Part shown: positions 57,295 to 64,000 of the stretch, piece after piece
Layout: the number at the start of each line of letters is the position of its first letter
Numbering within the stretch: position 1 is the first letter of the stretch
Source of the DNA: the human T2T-CHM13v2.0 reference genome, Homo sapiens
NCBI RefSeq assembly: GCF_009914755.1
Contig: NC_060937.1
Length of the DNA stretch: 64,000 nucleotides
Direction: 5' to 3' (one strand)
The notes under the pieces: generated by a model
The model's input: the letters and a program-made list of their open reading frames with translations, nothing else
Database searches by the model: none
Told to the model about the DNA's origin: nothing
Made by a program: the position numbers and the translations under genes

Positions 57295-57700
57295 TTTTTT
57301 TCTTCATGCAATGAGTATTTATTGTATACCTACTATGGGTAAGTCATTGTACCAGGTTCTGGGGGTAGAACCCCAGGGAATTTGAATCCCAGCAGGGAAG
57401 CAGAAATTAAGGACACCATTCACAATGAATTAATTGCAACTGAGATAAATGCATAGCACTAAGGACACCTGGCACTGTGAAAGCATTTTATAGGAGCATT
57501 TGATCAAATCAGAGGCAGAATAATGGGATCTGAAGCATGGGCGCCCTTCAGTAAGGAAGCAGGAGTGTGGAAGGGGCACAAATTTCCTGTGTGGTGAGAA
57601 TACCCTGCAAACATGAGGAGGGTTCCAGTCCCTGGGGAGACTGGTCAGTGAGTGGGGAGAGGGGTGTGGGAGACTGGAGAAGGGGGCCCAAAGGTCAGGT
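57295..57700 (-). mobile_element. L2 remnant (appears to continue 58250-58490)
   Basis: TCATGCAATGAGTATTTATTGTATACCTACTATG...GTACCAGGTTCTGGGG resembles the antisense L2 3' end. Confidence 0.6.
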
Positions 57701-57705
57701 TAATG

Positions 57706-58250
57706 ACTTACATAGACGGAAAGAATCCAAAGGTAACCCCTGCTTCTTGACCGTAAGTTGTTCCCTTTTTCACAGCAGACCTGAACCTTTAGTTAAAAAG
57801 CCCAGTAGTGCTAAAGTCAAGTTTCTACACATCCAGTTGTTTCAAATATAGCACAAAGAAGCAGATTTTTAACCATTTAGAGCATGTTTGCCTTGTGCAC
57901 TCTGTAAAACTGTACCTGTCTGCTAGCCATATGTAAGACAACCCTGGGGTGATCAAAGACTCCTAGCTGCTGCAGCCCTTAGCAGCTCTCTGGCCCTGAG
58001 GCTGTCTACCCTGTTGCTGATGACATTGCCTGGGTCATAATGCCCTTCTCCCCTGGGAGTTCCTTGACCTTCTGCCCTTTTGGGTGGTGGCCCGTTTGTT
58101 AGCCCTGCAAGGTCTCATGCTGTGAGGGACTTTCCTTCACGTGCAACCAAAGTGTCTTCCAAATTAAGCTCACTGTGTGCTACTGCCACCTGGGGGTCAT
58201 GTCGTCCTCCCCCACCCCCATCAGTCCTGACATCCCTCAAACTCACTACA
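57706..58250 (+). mobile_element. ERVL LTR (MER74/MER54/MER73 group)
   Basis: TTTTAACCATTTAGAGC, GTCTCATGCTGTGAGGGACTT, TGTGTGCTACTGCCACCTG...ACTACA end; family from recall. Confidence 0.55.
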
Positions 58251-58519
58251 GTGACTTTGGCCTTTAGCCTGAGTCCCTTAACAAGCTGTTGAATAAGTGT
58301 TTTAATCAGGATTGGATACAGTTTTGAAATATTACATTGGTTGCTCTATAGAGAAAGGATTGAGGGGAAAAAACAGATACAGGAAAAGGAGGAGAGGCTA
58401 GCTAGGACTAGAGTGGTGACCATGGAAATAGGAAGGATTCAAGAAATACTTAGTAGGTGAAATGGATCAAAGTTACTTACTTAGCATCTACTATGTGACT
58501 GACAATGAATAAGGACTGG

Positions 58520-58603
58520 GTTGTGTGTTTGTGTATGTGTGTGTGTGAGAGAGAGAGAGAGAGAGTGCAAGAGAGAGAGAGGGAAGGAAGAGAGAGAAGA
58601 GAG
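58520..58603. repeat. Compound (TG)n(AG)n microsatellite / purine tract
   Basis: Read directly. Confidence 0.9.
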
Positions 58604-58933
58604 AAGTAAGTGTCCCAGAAATGTTAATTGAATTACCATGGCAATAAAAATACTTTAGCATAGTTTTTGTGTGCTTCATAATGGAGACAAAACTCAATAT
58701 CATTAAACCAGCAGAAGACTATTAACAGTATCAGTGTCACTGAGAGAAAGAGATTTCTCAAATAGGATCAGATGAATTGCTAACTCTCAAAAGTGTAGAA
58801 CTATCAAAATACATGTAATCAGCTACAATTCACTATGAAATTTAAGTCACAGTACTTTCTGCTCTGTCAGTGAAAAAAAAACTTCAAATTTTTTACCCTA
58901 ATGGAGAATTAATCAAATTGTGCCATAATTTCC

Positions 58934-59008
58934 ATCAGTAATGATATTTGGTACTTAAGCTACTGACATAGCATTGTTTTAATCTAAGTACCAAATATCA
59001 TTACTGAT
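58934..59008. repeat. Perfect 24-bp inverted repeat with 27-nt spacer
   Basis: ATCAGTAATGATATTTGGTACTTA (58934-58957) is the exact reverse complement of TAAGTACCAAATATCATTACTGAT (58985-59008). Confidence 0.97.
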
Positions 59009-59595
59009 TATAATAACAACGAGAGGTTGAAGCTGAAAGGAGGAGGCAAAATTTAATTGGAGCCTTGAAGGATGGGTAGCATTTGACAAAGGGCCATGAA
59101 AGAAGGAGGCAGTTAGGGAGTAATTAAATATGTGAGCAAAATAGGGTGTGCAGAGGAGAGCACAGAAAGGAATCTGATATTGAATAGATAGGGTGGGATT
59201 GGATTTTTGGAGGGCCTTGAAAATTCTAGGCTTTATATGACAGAAAGTAGGTCATCATCTCAGGTTCTTGGCAGAGAGGTGACATGACGAAAGTATTGTT
59301 TTGGATTAGGCAAGCAGTATCACAGGATGGATTAGAGAAAAGATCATTAAAGGCCCCTGGGGAGGGAAGAAGGACAGCTAGGAGACACTTAAATTTTAGA
59401 GGCTTAGGCAGGAGATTACCAAGGTCTCAGAGGAGGATGAGAGGAGTGAAGAAGGGGTGAATAAGGCCATGAGAGAAGGAAGAAACAAGATTAAAAGGGA
59501 AAATTTTAAAAAATTAAAAACTTCACTCTGCTGCTTAGAAATTCCAATAAAAGAGTTTAGAGGATGAGCTGTTGAAACTCTCAACTCAAGTAGTC

Positions 59596-60040
59596 TGTGT
59601 CAGTTAAGATACTTTTGGCAGCAGGTCACAGAAATTCCTGACTCAACTGGCTTACATAGTCAGGGCAAGCCGTTATTTCACATAACAAGAAGTCCCAGTG
59701 CAGAGCTCTTGCAGGAGTGAGAAAGCTGTAAGCTTGCAGTATCAACAGGGTGCCAGGTTCTCTCTGTCTTCTGGCTCTCAGATCCTTGTTCCACCAGATC
59801 ACCTCCAAATAAACACAAGATGATGGCTAGAGTTCCAGGAGCTAAGGTCTCATGACAATGCCTAGAGGCACAGAAAGAAATGATTTCTTCCCACATGTCT
59901 CTTCCTTGATGAGGCAGACAACTCTCAACAGTCCCCCAGCAGAGATGCCCACCCTTCTCATTTCAGAATTGCCTCCTATGCCTGTACCTAGAAGGGAAGG
60001 CAAAGGATATGATCTTTCAGCTGGACCCTCAGATGGGAGC
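59596..60040 (-). mobile_element. Old MLT1-type LTR
   Basis: TGTGTCAGTTAAGATACTTTTGGCAGCAGGTCACAGAAA...CTCAACTGGCTTA...CATAACAAGAAGTCC. Confidence 0.55.
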
Positions 60041-60280
60041 TGATGATCATAGCATGGCTTAGCTAATCTTCATTATCCTTTTTTTTGTTATTCTTTTAAA
60101 TTTCAATAGCTTTAGGAGTACAAGTGGTTGTTGGTTACATGGATGAATTATATAGTAGTGAATTCTGAGCTTTTAGCGTACCTGTCACCCAAATAGTGTT
60201 CATTGAACCCAAGAGCAAATTTTTCATCCCTCACCCTCTTCCCACCCTCCCTACTTCTTAGTCTCCGGTGTCTATTATAC

Positions 60281-60612
60281 CAGGGATCCCCAACCCCCAG
60301 GCCATGGACTGGTAATGGTGTGTGGCCTGTTAGTGACTGGGCCATACAGCAGGAGGTAACAGTAGGCAAGTGAACATCACTGCCTGCGCTCTGCCTCCTG
60401 TCGAATCAGCAGCGGCATTAGCTTTTCATAGGAGCATGAAATCTATCGTGAACTGTGCATGCGAGGGATGTAGGTTGCGTGCCCATTATGAGAATCTAAT
60501 GCCTGATGGTCTGAGGTGAAACAGTTTCATATCCAAACCATCCCCACCAATCCATGGAAAAACTGTCTTTTATGAAACCATTCCCTGGTGCCAAAAAGGT
60601 TGGGGACTGCTG
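60281..60612 (+). mobile_element. MER1B (hAT-Charlie) nested in the L1 3' UTR
   Basis: CAGGGATCCCCAACCCC...AAAAAGGTTGGGGACTGCTG; 8-bp TSD TATTATAC/CATTATAC. Confidence 0.92.
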
Positions 60613-63259
60613 CATTATACCACTCTATGTGCCCCTGTGTATGCATACTTATCTCCCACTTATTAGTGAAAACGTGGTATTTGGTTTTCTGTTCCTGAGT
60701 CACTTCATTTAGGATAATGGCCTCCAATTCCATCCAAGTTACTGCAAAAGACATGATTTCATTTTTTTAGGGCTGAGTAGTATTCCATAGTATATATATT
60801 CCAAATTCTTTTTATCCACTTATTGTTTCATGGGCACTTAGGTAGAATTCCCTGTTTGCAATTGTGAGTTGTGTTGTGATAAATATATGAGTGTAGTTGT
60901 CTTTTTGATAAAATGACTTCTCTTCCTTTGACTAGATAAACCCAATAGTGGGATTGCTGGATTGAATGGTAGATCTACTTTTAGTCCTTTAAGAAATTTC
61001 CATGCTGTTTTCCGTAGAAGTTGCACTAATTTATGTTCCCACCAACAGTATATAAGCATTCCCTCTTCACCACATCTACATCAACATCTATTGTTTTTTG
61101 ATTTTTTAAATAATGGCCATTCTGACTAGGATAAGGTGGTATCTCATTGTAGTTTTAATTTTCATTTCCATGATAATTAGTAATGTTAAGCATTTTTTTT
61201 CACGTTTTTGCCCAATTGTGTGTCTTCTTTTGAAAAATGTCTCTTCATGTCATTTACACACTTTTTAATGCGATTATTCATTTTATTCTTGCTGACTTGT
61301 TTGAGATCCTTGTAGATTATAGATATTAGTCCTTTGTCAGATGCATAGTTTGCAAATCTTTTCTTTCATTCTGTAGTTTGTTTACTCTTTTGATTATTTC
61401 CTTTGCTATGCAGAAGCTTGCTAGATTAATTAAGTCCAACTTATGTATTTTTGTTTTTATTTCATTTGCTTTTGGAGTCTTAGTCATAAATTCTTTGCCT
61501 AGGCCAATGTCCAGAAGAGTTTTTCTTAGGTTTCATTCTATAATTTTAATGGTTTCAGGTCTTACAATTAAGTCTTTAATTCATCTTATTTTTTCATATG
61601 GTGAGAGATAGGGATCCAGTTTTATTCTTGTGCATGTGACTAGACAGTTCTCAGGACCATTTGTTGAATAGGGTGTACTTTCCCCAGTGTATGTTTTTGT
61701 CTGCTTTGTCAAAGATTCGTTGGTTGTAGGGATTAGGCTTTATTTCTGGGTTCTCTATTCTGTTCTATTGGTCTATGTGTCTATTTTTACACTATTACCA
61801 TGCTATTTGGGCTACTATAGCATTGTAGTATAATTTGAAGTTGGGTGATGTGATGCTTTCAGCTTTGTTCTTTTTGCTTAGGATTGCTTTGGCTACTCGG
61901 GCTCTTTGTGGTTCCATATGAATTTTGGGATTGCTTTTTCTAACTCTGTGAAAAACGATATTGGTATATTGATAGAAATTGCATTGAATCTGTAGAATGC
62001 TTTTGGCAGTATGGTCATTTTCACAGTATTGATTCTTCCAATCCATAAGCATGGGGTGTTTTTCCATTTGTTTGTGTGATCTACAGTTTCTTTCCTCAGC
62101 GTTTTGTAGCTCTCCTTGTAGAGATCTCTCACATCCTTGGTTAAATATATTCCTTATACTTTAAAATAAAAATTTTATTGTTTTGCAGCTATTGCAAATG
62201 GGATGGAATTCTTGATTTGATTCTAAGCTTGGTCATTATTGGTATATAGCAGTGCCACTGATTTGCATAGGTTGGCCTTGTAACCTGAGATATTACTGAG
62301 TTCATTTACAAAATCCAGTAGTCTTTTGGAGGAGTCTTTAGGGTTTTTTTTAGGTATAGGAACATATCATTGGCAAACAGACATAGTTTGACTTCCTCTT
62401 TTCTAACTGGAATGCCTTTTATTTCTTTCTTTTGGATAGTTGCTCTGGCTAGGACTTCCAGTATGTGTTCAATAGAAGTAGTGAAAGTGGGCATCCTTGT
62501 CTTGTTCCACTTATTAAGGGAAATGTTCTTATGGGGGGATGCTTTCAACTTTTCCCCCTTCAGTATGATGTTCACTGTGGGTGTGTCATATATGGCCTTT
62601 ATTATTTTGAAGTATGCTCCTTCTATGCCTAGTTTCTTGGGGGTTTTTATCATGAAGTGATGCTGAATTTTATTAAATGCTTTTTCTTCATCTGCTAAAA
62701 TGACCATATAGCTTTTGTTATGAATTCTGTTTATGTGGTGAATTACATTTGTTGACTTGCATATGTTGAACCATCCTTGCATTCCTGAAATGAAGCTTAG
62801 TTTATCCTGGCAAATTATCCTTCTGTTGTGCTATAGTATTTGGTTTGCTATGTTTTGTTGAGGATTTTTGCATCTATGTTCATCAGAGATCTCAGCCCAC
62901 AGTTTTATTTTTTTGTCGTGTCTTTCCTGACTTGGGTATCAGGGTGATACTGGCTTCATAGGATGAGTTAGGATTTCCTCCTTCTCAATCTTTTGAAATA
63001 GTTTTGGTAGGATTGGTATCACTTCTTTTAATGTCTGGTCACATTCAGCATGAATCTAGCTGGTCCTGGGCTTCATGTTGTTGGAAAATTTTTTAAATTA
63101 CTGATTTGATCTCACTACCTGTTATTTGTCTGTTCAGGATTTCTATTTCTTTCTGATTCAAGCTTGGGGTTTTGTGTTTCCAGAAATTTATTCATTTACT
63201 CTAGATTTTCTAGTTTGTGTGCTTAGAGATGTTCATAGAACATCAGATCCATGAAAATG

Positions 63260-63344
63260 GAGACATTACAACTGATACCACAGAAATACAAAAGATCATC
63301 TCAGATCATTTTTTGTATTTCTGTGGTACCAGTTGTAATGTTTC
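63260..63344. repeat. Inverted duplication (34-bp core arms, 17-nt spacer) inside L1
   Basis: GAGACATTACAACTGATACCACAGAAATACAAAA vs TTTTGTATTTCTGTGGTACCAGTTGTAATGTTTC: 32/34 complementary. Confidence 0.92.
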
Positions 63345-64000
63345 TATGTTTATTTCTGATTGAGCTTATTTGAATCTTCTCTATTGTTTTCCGGGTTAAT
63401 CTAGCTAGTGATTTATCAATTTTATCTTTTCGAAGAACCAACTTTTCATTTCATTGATCTTTGTATTTTTTTTTCAGTTTCGGTTTTGTTTATTTCTGGT
63501 CTGATATTTGTTATTTCTTTTCTGCTACCTTTGGGTTTGGTTTGTCTTGTTTTTCTAGCTCCTTGAGGTGTGACATTGGTTGTCAATTTGTGATCTTTTT
63601 GTCTTTTTTGATGTAGACATTTAGTGCTATAAGCTTTCCTGTTAGTACTGCTTTTACAGTATCCCAGAGATTTTGATAACTTGTGTCACTGTCATCATTC
63701 ATTTTGAAAAAATTATTAATTTTAATGTTGATTTTGTCATTGACCTAAAAGTCCTTCAGGAGCAGATAATTTAATTTCCACATATTTGTATAGTTTTGGG
63801 AATCCCTCTTGGAATTGATTTTTAGGTTTATTCTGCTGCAGTCTGAGAAGATGCCTGATATGATTTTTCTTTTTAAAAATTTATTGGAACTTGTTTTGTG
63901 GCCTATTGTATGGTCTATCTTGGAAACTATTCCATGTGCTTATGACAAGAATGTATATTCTCTAGTTTGGTGTAGAATGGTCTGTAAGCCTCTGTTAGGT

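Larger units (their letters stand above)
60080..64000 (-). mobile_element. L1 (L1MA1/2 or late L1PB type), antisense in intron 1, running off the window
   Basis: ORF2 remnants MQGWFNICKSTNVIHHINR...LCLFANDM (62306-62782) and [23 protein letters not shown]; 3' UTR at 60080-60900. Confidence 0.93.

Noticed and set aside
62306-62782. Reverse-transcriptase-like ORF
   Set aside because: Frameshifted fragment of a dead L1 ORF2 with the catalytic FADD changed to FAND; not a novel RT system.

Overview
Primate (very probably human) genomic DNA. It holds about 51 kb of repeat-rich upstream intergenic sequence, the CpG-island promoter and first coding exon of glypican-6 (GPC6, + strand, ATG 51413, exon ends 51572 at CAG|GTAAG), and the first ~12.4 kb of intron 1. 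GPC6 is the only protein-coding gene I can support; the other ORFs in the track come from Alu, L1 or LTR sequence or from GC-rich open frames. Transposable elements include L1PA/PB/MA/MD pieces (one 5'-inverted), about 13 Alus, a complete THE1 MaLR provirus, a full-length HERV-W LTR17 solo LTR, several MLT/MST/ERVL LTRs, and DNA-transposon MITEs (MADE1, Tigger3a, MER58A, MER5A, MER1B). I found no convincing new multi-gene system. The best leads are: a perfect 24-bp inverted repeat (pre-miRNA-sized) and a second ~34-bp foldback in intron 1; an out-of-frame upstream ATG 10 nt before the GPC6 start, plus a micro-uORF and an internal consensus TATA box; and two sense-oriented LTR promoters upstream of GPC6 (LTR17, and a THE1 3' LTR with an intact DUX4 motif). 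Repeat subfamily names are from recalled consensus sequences, not a database search, and old-repeat boundaries are approximate.
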